A stretch of DNA of 64,000 nucleotides from Tubiluchus corallicola (lineage: Eukaryota; Animalia; Priapulida). Both the position numbers and the translations under genes were made by a program. Location of the stretch: assembly GCA_030141605.1 (NCBI GenBank), contig JAQGDQ010000031.1, positions 806,001-870,000 on the forward strand. Direction: 5' to 3'. The notes under the pieces were generated by a model. It was not told the DNA's origin. It did not search any database and was given only the letters and a program-made list of their open reading frames with translations. This document shows, piece by piece, positions 25,838 through 49,700 of the stretch; position 1 is the stretch's first letter, and each line of letters opens with the position of its first letter.

Positions 25838-26410
25838 CTGATAAAACATGTGCAACTTTCATATTATAATGTTTCTTTTGTACATTTTAGTAACCAATTT
25901 ATTTGACTAGAACTATTTGTATTGTCTATATTTCTAGAGCTTATTTGCTGAAGTCAGTATAAAAAAATTCCAGAACATTCAAGTTAAAGAGTTTTCAATT
26001 AAAGGGAAGATAAGGGAATTTTAACTGTATCCCAAGGAACTATCTCTGCAGAGTTATATTGCTTAGTATTTTTTAAGTTTTGAGAAATTTTTTAAACATC
26101 CATGAAGGGTGTTTCCTTGTGTTTTAAGCTATTATCTTTTCATAACGGTATGAACAACAAATTGGTGGAACGATTGGCTTTAATAAATCTTGTAAGTCTC
26201 AAAACACTAGGCCACATATTATCCATCATATAAATGTGTGGATGTCTGTGGACACAGTTTATCCCTGAGGCACCCAAGGCAATAATATTATAATTTTATT
26301 AAAGCAATAAGTGTTTGGAAACAGTTTTGCAGTTGCAGCTGTAATGGCAAAAGCTGGCAGAATCTTTCAAAGGTGGCAGTATTGCCTTTCAAGTGGGTGA
26401 AAAATCTGAC

Positions 26411-26690
26411 CTGGGTTAAGCATATGAGGTAACGACCACCTAATTCATCTCGTGGTTTATATCCAGGATGTGTACACTGTAGCTTTGGTATGTTTTGCAC
26501 TAGCGTCTCACAGCATATACAATATCAGGAATTCAGGATAGTGGAAACATTTGTGACAGATTATTGATACCAAGTGTTGAAACATCAAGTGCAACTACAA
26601 ATTTCATCAAACAGATCCTAGTTTCCACGGATATGATGATGTTTTCACACATTTTCTGCATAGTCTTCATGGCAAATAGACTCATGTGGA
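26411..26690 (-). mobile_element. Possible decayed Cys-rich coding fragment, tentatively Helitron/Helentron Rep N-terminal-like
   Basis: One minus frame with several stops reads DLFDEICSCT*CFNTWYQ*SV...YCICCETLVQNIPKLQC. This resembles my memory of the Helitron CxxCxxLWYxxSV...CxxC...IPxL region. Weak. Confidence 0.25.
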
Positions 26691-26727
26691 AATTAGTTTG
26701 CATTTTTTGTTTTTTAGATCCCTGGTC

Positions 26728-29700
26728 ATGGCAGAATGTCGACTGATCATCAATGCTGATGATTTTGGTTATTGTCCAGAGCGCAATCGTGGCATTGTAG
26801 AATGTTTGAAGGCTGGTGCAGTGACTAGTTTTTCTATCCTTGTCAACTGTGAATTTGCAGAACAGGGAATGCGAATGATACAGACTGATGTCCTGCCATG
26901 CAAACTACCAAATGAAATACCTGCAGGTTTTTACTTTAATCGCATTGTCTCATTTAGTCTAATCATCTAACATATTACTGTAAAAGTTCAAGATTAAAGT
27001 ACAGTGGACTCTCGTTATAAGAATCACCTCGGGAGAAGGCAAAGTGATTCTTATAGCAAGCGATTCTTATAACAAGCATGACACAGAATTGCTTTAAAAA
27101 AATTTTATGCACATAAAAATTATTTATTTCCCGAAATTACGCTAGAAATGACATGAAACAGCATAACGTTTTTCTGGCCTAAAAAGGACCTAAAAATTAC
27201 TAGACTAATGTTTTCATTTCATGGTTGGGTAAATATTTCATGATGCCAGAATTGCCTTAAAAATTTTTTTAATGCACATTATTTTTTCCGCCACGCCCAC
27301 TGCGCAGAACCTTGTAAGCAGGGCGTGAGAGACAATGGAGTTGGTGCCAAAATTGATTCTACTATCGAAAGAAGGGTGATTCTTATACGGGCGGATTTTC
27401 ACTAGGAAAATGCCGATTAAATTCGGGAAACGCGATTTTGATTCTTATATCGAGCTGATTCTTATACGTGTGATTCTTGTAACGAGAGTCCACTGTATTA
27501 TGAATTTATATGTGTGACATCTCCTGACATCCCCCATAGAGTGCTTCATTAGATGTGTCTCAGCAAAAGTTATAATGTATTTTGCGATCTGTGTAAGCAG
27601 GGCTGGCTCTAGGAAGTGTGGGGCTCAATTAGAAAATTGTTAGTGGGGCTCTTTACCCTACTAATACTGCAGAACAGTACAGCGCTCTTTCTATGTTGAG
27701 GGTTTGAATATAGTGCACAAAATAGTAAAATCAAAATTCAATGACGATCTACCTAATGTACATAGGGCTTTATTTTTAAAAAAAAAGGAAATTGTTACAA
27801 TAAACTGAAATTAGAAAACAAAGAAAGAAGTGATCAATAAAAAAACATTAAACATAAACATACGAGGACTGATCGAATAGTTTCACTGCCTGCACAGTAT
27901 CGAGAAACTTCGCACGCATTGGACATTCATTAATTCATCATAGTGTCCTCTACTCGAACACGTGTGCGGGGTTTAGCCCAATTTGAACAAATCTGTCTAA
28001 ATGGATTAAAACTTGGCCCTGCATGTAAGGCCATAACAAAAATAAGGTCCTGCATAAAGCTCATGCCATGAGTTATTAATGCTATTATGATGTTGTTGTT
28101 TAACTTACTTGCTCAATTGTCAAACTGTTAATAGCAAAAATGGAAATACTTATGGCTAAATTAATGGTCGACACTTATTGTCGTGCTGCTGTGTGGAATG
28201 GGAGTTGTTTTGATTAGCCCTGTGTAAATAACATTTCACTATTTCTTCTTAGCACAGCATATGGCTATCTTGGCAGTGATCTGTACATGACTTCCTTTTT
28301 TGAACGTGATGGTGTCAATCTTACCTAAAGCTGTGATACTGAGATACAGAACTACCTGCTTATTAATTAGTAATTGGTTACTGACTAATTACTTTGAAAA
28401 AGATTGTTGGAGCGTTGCTTCTAGGGGAGGGGGATCAGGGCTACTATGTCAAATTAAGTGAATTTTAGAGAAAACTCTGCATCATTTACTCTGAAAAGAA
28501 GTAACATTCTAGCAAAGACAGTCCTTATTTTTATTGCGTTTCATTCAAAATGTTAACCGAACATGTCTGTTGTAACGTGAGAACAAAGCTGATTCTCATT
28601 TTTGTTAGTTTAATTAGTCGTCTTTCTTCTTCTAGGTTTGCACTTGAACCTGACTGAAGGCAAACCAGTAGAAACAACATCACTGGTTTCATCTCTTCTT
28701 GGAAATAATGGCTTCATGCGTGGCAAGGACAAATTCTATGAAGCTTGTAAAAGAAATGAGATTATTTGTGACGAGGTACCGTTTTTGTGTGTTTGGTGTT
28801 GACCTACTGCCCTGATATGTTTTAACAAAATCTTGTGTTTTTAACCGTGCAAAATGTATAAGCTTCATCTTGCGTGGATTACCGTTGTCCATTCTCTGTC
28901 TGGAAGTAACTCTCTCAGTTTGGTAGGAAGATCATTTTCAGGTTTCAAGTTTAGGAACTACTTTTCTTGTAATTATTTTTCTTGGAGTGCCAGTGTACTT
29001 CAGTAAAGTAATTTCACATTTTGGCAAATATTTTTTTTTGGAAATAGTAAGTTTAATCTGAATGGGAGTCTTACAAGACCTTCTGTTTTGAAGCTGAATA
29101 TGAGAGTTAAACTACAGTTGGTTTCGTTATCTATTATAATTTAACAATAGAGACTCTTCTCGATCTTCTAAACAGAACAAACTTTTACTGTCTTATGGAA
29201 CGTTCAAACTAGCACATTTTTTCTCTGACAGCAAACTTGCAAGTGGAACTGCTTTGCTAGTTCCTGTCAGCAAGAAATTGCAAACTGTCTGGCACTAATT
29301 AAACAAGCTAGTTACTTGGCAAGAAAACTCGCTAGTCTGAACGTGTTGTTATAACAACTGCTTCATTTTTTCAAACTTAACTTGCACCAAAAGGCATTTT
29401 TGTTGCAGGTAAGAAGAGAGATTCGAGCTCAAATTGAGAGGTTTTATCAGCTAGTTGGTTGTTATCCAAATCATGTTGACGGTCATCAACATGTTCATGT
29501 GATACCAGGTAAATGATACCAGAGAAATTTAGTTTTCTTATTCATTTTATTTTTCTTTTGATCCAAATAACCTACTTCTTGAATGATCTTTTTCATTCTG
29601 TGATTTTAGTTCTTAACATTTTTATAATAAAACATAATTTTAATTATTTAAGTGGTTTCTAATGGCTTGAAACCTGCCAAAGCACTGAAAGAGCAGAAAA

Positions 29701-31387
29701 AAAGTGTTTAAAAAGATTATGGAAAACTAAAAGACTTGAAGGAATTTAAAGAATACAGAAGAAACCAAAACAAGACAATAATAGTGCTGAGTGAGGTAGC
29801 AAACTACTCGTGCTTAGTTGACAGACTGACCTGTTTGGCATCTTCTAGCTGAATTCTACATGGCCACATGACCAAACCTGTCGCACTGCTAATGCTATAT
29901 TAACGCATTATAACATAACATACAGCATACGAGTTCTCTGATATATATATGTACTAATTGTATAGTCAAAATGTTTGTAGGTGCAGTTCTGTTTACTAAA
30001 GTCACTGACTGTGCTACTCTTTACATACTATGTTTCAGAATTTAATAAACTATAGGTAATCCTAGTTCGTTTGTAGAGTGAATCTATGTAGTGTATCACC
30101 TCCTATTCAATACTGAAAACTAACTTTGTAGTTATTAGTGTATCACCTCCTATTCAGTACTGAAAACTAGCTTTATAGTTCTTTTTGTAGCTTTCAACCT
30201 TAAAATATGTACAACTAATTTTTTTAAATTATTACTATCACATCTTTTTGTTGAATGCTGTTTTTTTTCAGAGATCTGTGATATATTAGTAGATGAGCTA
30301 CACAAGTATGGCATAAGTCGAGTAAGACTCCCTCTAGAATTGGAGCTGCTTAACAAACATTCTCAAATGGTAGATGGAGCATACAAAAATTCATTGTTTT
30401 TTAAAACTGTATCAGATAACGCTGCACGATGTGCTCCAATTTTCAAGTTGAACAATATAAGGTTTGAAAGAGATTCTTTAATATCTTCCTATTATTACTA
30501 TATTGCTTTTTATCTTCCTGTGAGGCACTAAATGAAATTACTACTGTTGGTAACTCCTGGTTCAGGGTAGCTGACTTTGATGACCAATTGGTCCTTCGCT
30601 TTCCTTTTTCCTGCACCCCTGACACTTTCTTATATATATATATAGAAAACGAAGGACCAATTGGTCATCAAAGTCAAAGTAACGCCCAGCACCCACTTAA
30701 ACAAAGACATAGGTTTTATTCAGCATATAAACTTCTGCAATGTTTCACTCATTCCACCTAAATAAAATGCAGGGTAGAAAAATTACAAAAATCAATATTG
30801 TGCGAAGCAAACTACACAAATAAATCACACAATGTTGATTTTTGCAATTTTTATACACTATTTTTATTCAGGTGTATTGTTGCATGAAGATGACCATAAC
30901 TGGTCGAAACATTTCAGATGTTTGTATATGAATAAAGTCGTGTCTTTGCTTAAGTGGGTGCTGGCTGTTATTTTCGTTCTGAGAATTTGTTTTCCCTATC
31001 ATCATTCTGCTTAAACAATGCTTGAAAACTGCTGTGGTAAAGAAACAGTTCATTCTTTAACATGGAGTTGTTTTATTTTCTCCCAGATTTCCAGATGGTT
31101 TTGTTGGCATTTCAACAATGTCTCAGTTTTCGAGCGTACATAACATAGAAAGTGCAATCTCGTCTATGTATGCTCGAGCTAAACATCTTTCTCATCCTTT
31201 CATTTGTGAACTAATGGTACATCCCGGATACAGAGCCATTTCAGGTGCTGGGACATGCCCTGGCATTCCAGACAGTTTTGCACAATCATCCGACAGAGAA
31301 CACGAAGTGCGAGTGCTCAAGAGTGCTGAAATGAAAGCCATGTTGGAGAGGCATCAGATTGTGTTGACATCATTCTTGGACTTGTGA
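26728..31387 (+). CDS. YDJC: YdjC/ChbG-family carbohydrate deacetylase, 309 aa
   Basis: Exons 26728-26926, 28636-28775, 29409-29508, 30272-30461, 31087-31387 (930 nt, in frame). Motifs LIINADDFG, GLHLNLTEG, HVDGHQHVH, CELMVHPGY, DREHE. An acceptor (ttttag) ends at 26717, so an upstream 5'UTR exon is implied. Confidence 0.93.
27002..27495. mobile_element. Tc1/mariner-pogo-type MITE with TA TSD
   Basis: TA|CAGTGGACTCTCGTTATAAGAATCAC ... GTGATTCTTGTAACGAGAGTCCACTG|TA (26-bp TIR, 1 mismatch); repeated subterminal GATTCTTATA motifs. Confidence 0.92.
27598..28021. mobile_element. hAT-type MITE (CAGGG termini), degenerate
   Basis: cagggctggctcta ... aaacttggccctg; flanks tgtgtaag / catgtaag (6 of 8 match, eroded 8-bp TSD). 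Confidence 0.6.
30089..30180. repeat. About 48-bp tandem duplication
   Basis: tagtgtatcacctcctattcaRtactgaaaactaRctttRtagtt x2. Confidence 0.85.
30572..30676. repeat. Perfect 27-bp inverted repeat around a spacer containing (TA)n
   Basis: TGACTTTGATGACCAATTGGTCCTTCG ... CGAAGGACCAATTGGTCATCAAAGTCA. Confidence 0.95.
30883..30985 (+). mobile_element. Penelope-like terminal repeat remnant with hammerhead-like core; paralogous copy at 14251-14340
   Basis: ATGAAGA-TGACC-ataact-GGTC-GAAA-CATTTCAG, then AATAAA; shares gcttaag..gtgctggc.gttattttc with the 14251 copy. Confidence 0.5.
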
Positions 31388-33768
31388 CGCTAATTATTTT
31401 TAAGCTCATTTCAAAGTTATAGGCTAACACAACATTGTAAAGTAACAGGGTTTTTATCAATTGTGCAGTATTAATGACTTTTGACTTTTTAAGTTATCAT
31501 GTATCTATTACGTGTTTCTGCTAGACTTTAAATGACAAAAATTTAGTGTAGGTGGCAGCACATTCACAGGAGGTTGTTAATTTAGGCCACTTTTTAAAAG
31601 CACTTTAGCTACTGTTAGTTCAATATTAATTTTGGTACATAGCAACACTAGTGTCATAACTTGGCTAGAATTAAAATAAAAATGTGTAGCTTCAGCTTGG
31701 TGGTATCTAATGGCAAAAGGAGGAAGCATTGTGAGCGAGAGCTTTTTTTAACAGTCAGTAAGAATCTCTGTGTGACTGTGATCAATGTAAAATATTTTTG
31801 TGCTTGAGAATAGAGATATGGGCACTGATCATTATCAGATGAGTATTACAACTGGGCTCTTATCATTATAGCTATAACAAAGTAAATAGTCAGACTGGCC
31901 AGTATTTGCTCTGTAGCAATTTAGTTTACTAATGCATTAATAAAAACTGGTTAGTATAATTAGTGAGAAAATGGAAATGGTGAAAACTTCAATTTTTCTG
32001 CATCTCCATAATTATAATTTGTGAAAGTAACTTGTTTGCTGCATACGTTATTTTTTACTGTGTAACAATTAAGAACAATCAATATTATATGCAAATCGAT
32101 GCACTGTCTCGCAAATATAGAGTTATAGTAGGTAAAGGCTAATATATTGTCGTAATAATTTTCCAATCTTATTTTTTTGATACTTTGGGGCCTTTATGGC
32201 ACACAACTACAAGACCTATACAATCTAGATCTCGCCCACTCCACAGTTTTACAGCAAGTGTAGAAAAGAAACATTTTAGATAAACTAGATAAACCTTTTA
32301 CATAATTTTTACATACACTGAACAAATAATCTGCAATATAGATTTTAACGCTGGCAAATGGTAGAGGCTAAACATAGGTCAGCCAACTGTTATGATCATG
32401 TGACATACAAGTCATAAGTGCAACATGGGAGGGACAAAGCTAAGTGTGACAGTGTCAAGGTTGTGAACATTACCCGAACATCAACATAAATAACAGTTTA
32501 TAAGCAAGACAGTATTTTTGGATATGCAACTGAAGACAGTCTGAAATTATGAAAACTATTTAATGATTTTCCACTTTTTAGGCCCATTTCAGTAGTACAA
32601 GAAAATAGCAAGTTATGTCTGTGAAAGATTTAACCCACTTCGTTGAATATAATCCCAATAGGATTGTGGAAACCATGTATTTAATTCAAATTACTACCAC
32701 ATTGAAGCACACTAAGAATATACATTATAGTATATAAAATCATTTTCAACTTGTTCATTGAAAATTTGTTTTGCAGTTACACCTTGCGAGTCTTTCACAA
32801 ACAGTGATTTGCAATTTTCAGATTTAATAAAACCTTTATCAGAGCATTTGGAGAAACATCAGAGATAATTACATGAATTTTTCCAAAAATCCAGTAAAAG
32901 GCCTAGATGAAAAATGTTTAAAATGCGGAAGCTCAAGTGAATTAAAAACTATTGCGTTTTAATACTGTGTATCACTAATTTAGTGATGTTGTGCATTAAA
33001 AGTGTACAACAGAACACATCTCTATTTTAATTGTACCTTTTCATTATTCGAAACTTTTTAAATTGTGCTTTGTAAATTATTCTTATCGGGTTTTCTATGT
33101 CTGAGATTTCTATTTTTATTAATTATTACTGTTTCTATTATGTGTGCATTATCGTTGTGATAATAAAATAATTATCCTGGTGCAATAATATTTTATTTGC
33201 TGAAAATATGTTTTTCTGCAAGTCTTCTTAAAAGAAAAATTCAGATAAAATTCGCCACGGAGTAGTAATGTCGTGGAAAAATAAATAATGCAGATTTACC
33301 ACTTTGACATTTATTTTACTGACAATATTTTAAGGAAAGTAGTTTGCTCTGCTCACTAGATGGAACAAGCAGAAAGCAAATGGGCGGAGCTACAGAGCTG
33401 CACGCGTGACGCACGTTTCCCGTATTTGCACAGTTTGCACACGCTTTGTGTTAGAAGTTTGTTGAGCATCGGTGAAGTTGTCAATCATGTGTGTAGGATC
33501 TGTGTAGTTAGTTGGAAAGTTGAAGCAGCTTTTGGTCATGCGTTGACCGTGTGATATCAGCGGTTTCTTTGTCCGCGTGTTCAGGTCTAGTTGCAGCTAA
33601 ATCGTCTGCAGACGATTATCACAGAGAATCAGAGTTATGTTGAACGAAAATCGTACCGTAACTCATCGGCACTTCAGCCCGTAAATAAAAGTTCCTATCT
33701 GGTCGAGTTATCTTAAGGAAGAGGATAGAACGTTAGCTAGTGTTGATAATAGGCACGTTGCTAAGAAA

Positions 33769-45098
<11,330 letters not shown>

Positions 45099-46784
45099 GA
45101 TGCACTAAATCAATAAATTTTGTGATAGTAATTTATATCTTAATTATTATAAAAATATGAATCATATTAATCTAGATCTAATTAACATTTTTGCGTAGTA
45201 ATTTCATTGTGCATGTGCAATATGCTTTCATTGACTTGCAGAATATTTAATCCTGTAAGTTAATTTCCCGGTGCCGGATAAAGTTGGCCTACAGGCATAT
45301 ATCATTGTTTGTCGAAGTTATGTTACTTTTTGGAATGCTGTAAGCCCTATATAAAATGTCTAAATTAAAATGACTGAATATATTAACCAGTGTAATGCTT
45401 ATGAATTGAGTTTAAGTTTGAAGGTGATAAACATTTATAATAAATGTAGTTTTATACAATGCGCTATGGATTTATTTTCTATTTTTCTCAATATGTCATA
45501 AGAAGTTTTTTGCCTTTGCTGTTATGGTACAATGCTTAAGACACACCATACAAAAACAGTATCATTATTAATAAAAAAATCCCACGATAAAAAATACGCA
45601 AAGATCCAGGCTGACTGAAACGTCATATTTTGTTTCTTTTATCTTCATCGTATCAATACTTGTCATTAATGACCTCTTTGTTAGCATTATGTTCTACTTG
45701 TAGCATTTTTTGCTGTGGTTTTAGGGTATTTTGTAACATGACATCCATTCAAACAATATAAAAAGTGCACTATTGAAGTTTTCCAAGATTTTAATGAAAA
45801 ATAGTTTAAGAAAATGGTAACAAGTGGCTAAATAGTCCTGTGGTCAAATTTATACGATGTTGCTTAACAAAAAATGATAACTGGCCAAGTAGTCATAAAT
45901 TGGTGCTGATCTACATCAATAACTAAAAACTTGTGCACAACATGTCACTTCTTTTAAACAAGCCTACATATATAATAAGTAATTTTATACAATCACGCTA
46001 TGTCTCAATCACATTATTTAATTTTCTGTTCAAGCTACATCACACCAAACCGAGCAACTGTTTCGTTTTCACAGTAAGACCAATTGTTTTGAATTTAACT
46101 GGTTTATTTTTACTTAGAATCTATAAATTAAGAAAGGAATTTTGTAAAATTATATTAAAATAAAAATCTGCAAGGATAAGTGTTAAATCTGTATTATTGC
46201 AAGTTCAGCTGTGAAATTAGGTATGCTTACCATTATATAGCTATACTTTAATTTAAAAATTTTGCAAGAATAAAATTAGTATGATACAATGAAACTATGA
46301 AACAGCAATTATCTTGGTTAGTTGTGAATGTGAATTGAAATAGTAGCAATTAGACATAACAGCTGCTAGACTTGAATTTGTTTTGCAGCAGTTGTAGTAA
46401 CAGTCTGGCATAAATGTGGTGAAACACAATGTGTTTTGCACCACAGACCACATTCAGACAACTCAAAAACCATTTATGTATGCTCTGTCGTAGTTATCAA
46501 GGATTAAAAATGATCAGTTTATTTAGTAACTATAAAATCCTACATTTAACGATAATCACACATTGTGACAACAAAATCGAATCCATCATAAATATATCTA
46601 ATTTAAAGATGCTATAAATAACAATGCATATAAGAACTGCATGTTGATCACATTGCTCAATAGAAAACACAATCTCGATAATCTCTGAGCTCACTTATTG
46701 TGCTTGAGCTGACTGACTAGATAACAGCTAAAATATATACAAGTAGTTTCTCGTTTGGCTTTCCTCGTCACTACTGCACAGTAC

Positions 46785-49700
46785 TCATTTTGAACTTATT
46801 ACATCCAGCAAAGTCTTCAGGCGAACAGCATCTTGAAGATTACCCACAATGCCTAGTCGTCCATTCATGTACGCATCTATTGGCTTCACGTGACCTGTCA
46901 ACATCTGATGAAGATAGTCCCGTGTCAACTGAAACGTGACGTCTGGGTTACCTGACCGAAGTGGCCCTGTACCGGCATCACCTGATCCTTTAGAAAAATT
47001 TACAGTTTTCAAGAGTTTATAGTTATTAGTTATTGGCAAACAACAACTTATACGAAATTTTTATGAACAAAAGAACCAAGATATTTTAAATTACACCTTC
47101 ACACCACCTTCATAAATGGCTGCACTACTCACATCAAATAATACAACCTCTTAAACATTAAGAATTCAAAAATTAACTTGATATTTATTTTATAAATTAT
47201 TAAAAAGACTTGTTCAGAAAAACATTGAACACAAAAATTTACAGTGAAAAATGACCGAGTATTTTTCCTATCCAAATCAGCAAACATTACATGAATCATT
47301 TACAGTAAGTCACCATTCAGGCAATTAAAGGAAGACCGGACGATTGCTATGACTCAATCTCATTTTAATTTTCTGTCCAAAATATACATTTCTTGCCTAT
47401 AAAAGTTAACAATTGTTCCTTATATTTGAATAATAAGTTTAGAAAGTTTAATTAACGGCAACTGAACACAGCTATTGCTTATGTCAGAAACTAACCAAAA
47501 TTGTGCAATGGCAGACATCTTCCCTTGCACGTCAAGCACATTTGCATAGATGTTACAGTACTGCTTAAACGCATGATATCATCTAAAATGGGCTTTACAT
47601 CATATGACGTCATGAAACTAACACAGCAGTTCATGATCATGGTTATCACGGTATTGCCTTCTATTTGTCGGCCACGCGCACATGACAAAAAGGCGCCGCT
47701 GCCAATCCAAGTAGATTCACTGAGCCGTGCGTAGCTTTGAAAGTTTAACGAAATTTGAGTATTCGAGGTAATTTTTATTTAATTTAAGCTTTGATTTAAA
47801 ATAAGCTATTGTAGTTTTCAATATTTTAGAGCATTCTTTATTCTGAACTCGTGTTTACACAATCATTTGGTTTCCTTTAACAGATGGATCAATGGTATGC
47901 GGTGTCTACCGAGGAGTTAAAGCTGTACTGTGCATACTGAGTAGCGAAGCTTATTCAAATGGAGCTACTGAAAAATACTCCGGCTTTTGGCCTAAAAACA
48001 TCATAATTTAAAAAACTGGGCTACTGCAGTTAGTGGAAGGACGTGTCAACACATTCTGAGCTCCTTGACCCTGGCAGTATTCTTGGGAAACAAATATTAA
48101 ACTTTGATGCTTTTACAGACTTACCATATTTAAGGTCCAAGAAGAAAGTGCCTCCATTTGTCCCCGAGACATCGAATTGGTACGTTGTCTTTATCGCAGA
48201 TACAAGTTCAGCAGTGAGGTGATTTTTAACAATCTGCAGCAGCCATTCAGGAGTGACTTCTGGAGCTGTGGTTGTGATGAGTGGCACCGAAGCATCGGAA
48301 TGCAATGAATTTGATGCTAAAGTAAGTAAATAACAACAGAGTTTTTTACAGGTCGCTGCATTGCATCTTCCCTTTTCCTGCTCATATGTAAATAGCAGCA
48401 CGCAGACTGTCAAAATTTAAAAAGAAGCAGCATGCATTTTTACACATAACTCAGCAGGCCCTTTGCAGAGGTGTGACATTGCAGTCTTTACTTTTGCAAA
48501 CAGGTACTGCGCACGAAATTATGGTGACGTTATCACTTGGTGCATGCACTGTTAATTTTATAAGAATTTAACTTTTCTTACTTAAACATAAGAAACACTT
48601 GGTATGTATGTAACAAAGACGTCTCATATTTACTGAGTGATTGCTCTTTGCTAATGACTAAATGCATATTTGCACAGCTACATATGGTCTACCAGTTTTA
48701 GCAATTGTCAATTAGTTTATGCATAGTGTGATTATGTGGGTAATACTAAAATACTGTTCTGAGAAGCAAGTTATCTGTGTCAAGCATTGAGGTGCAAAAG
48801 CTGGCCTAACAACATCTCAACAAAAGTCTACAACGGGTTTGTCAGCAACCCTAATAAATATTGTCAATGTTACATTGAAGTGCATGTGCCTAGCCAATCA
48901 ACCATGTACTAGGTATAGGCTTACCCGCTGTTTGAAAATTCTTTGGTTTCTCAGCAAGTTCCGTCAACAGATTTGTCATAGGCGAACTACAGCCGCTACC
49001 TATCAAGTCCTGAAACAATGATACCAGTTTCTGGTGTGCAGGCGGTGGCTCTTTGATGATTTTTACATGTGACCTAGAAGATCAAAAAACAGAAAATTTG
49101 TTTAATATCATCCACCTTATCATTTATCATAAGCATTTGCAATAATATCTTACTGGGGACAACACTACAGATGCTTCGAGTATTTAAATATCTTCTTCTA
49201 TACTCCCTACTGCTTTGTTTACTGCCAACATCTGAGTTATGGTCAAACACAGAGTGTAAACCTTTTTGGCAAGGCTTAAAACTTGAATGCAATCAAAGTT
49301 TTCAGGAAAAATATGGTGCTCCGAATGCAGCACATCACAATATTCCGACAAGGTGCAGATCGTAAGTCTTGACAATACAGTGAACAAACAAATTTGACAA
49401 AAATAGTTTGAGGATATATTAACATAGTTATAGCATACTCCCACATTTCCAAAAAAAATGATATACTATAAGCACGAGAATTATAGTTAAAGGAAAATCG
49501 GACGATTGAGTAGACATGATCGCATTTTAATTTACTGTCCAAAATATACATTTTCTTGCATATAAAAGCTAGCAGTTGTTTCTAGTATTTGAACAATTGC
49601 TTTGGAAAGTTAATTAACGGGAACCGAACACAGCTATCACTTACATCACAAACTAACCACAGTTTGTGCAATGGTAAGCATGTTTGCGTAAGCGAAGATT

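Noticed and set aside
25343-25855. Histone H3 gene or processed H3 pseudogene
   Set aside because: Only KQTARKS matches; no ART start, TGGKAPR continuation or histone fold seen nearby.
26728-31387. YDJC as a horizontal transfer from bacteria
   Set aside because: YDJC is an ordinary animal gene and has four coding introns here.
33360-33554. 64-aa ORF upstream of ETNPPL
   Set aside because: No recognisable motif; overlaps the probable promoter and 5'UTR.
46785-46800. PTS1 on the STOML1 SCP2 domain
   Set aside because: The protein ends ISSK*, which is not a PTS1.
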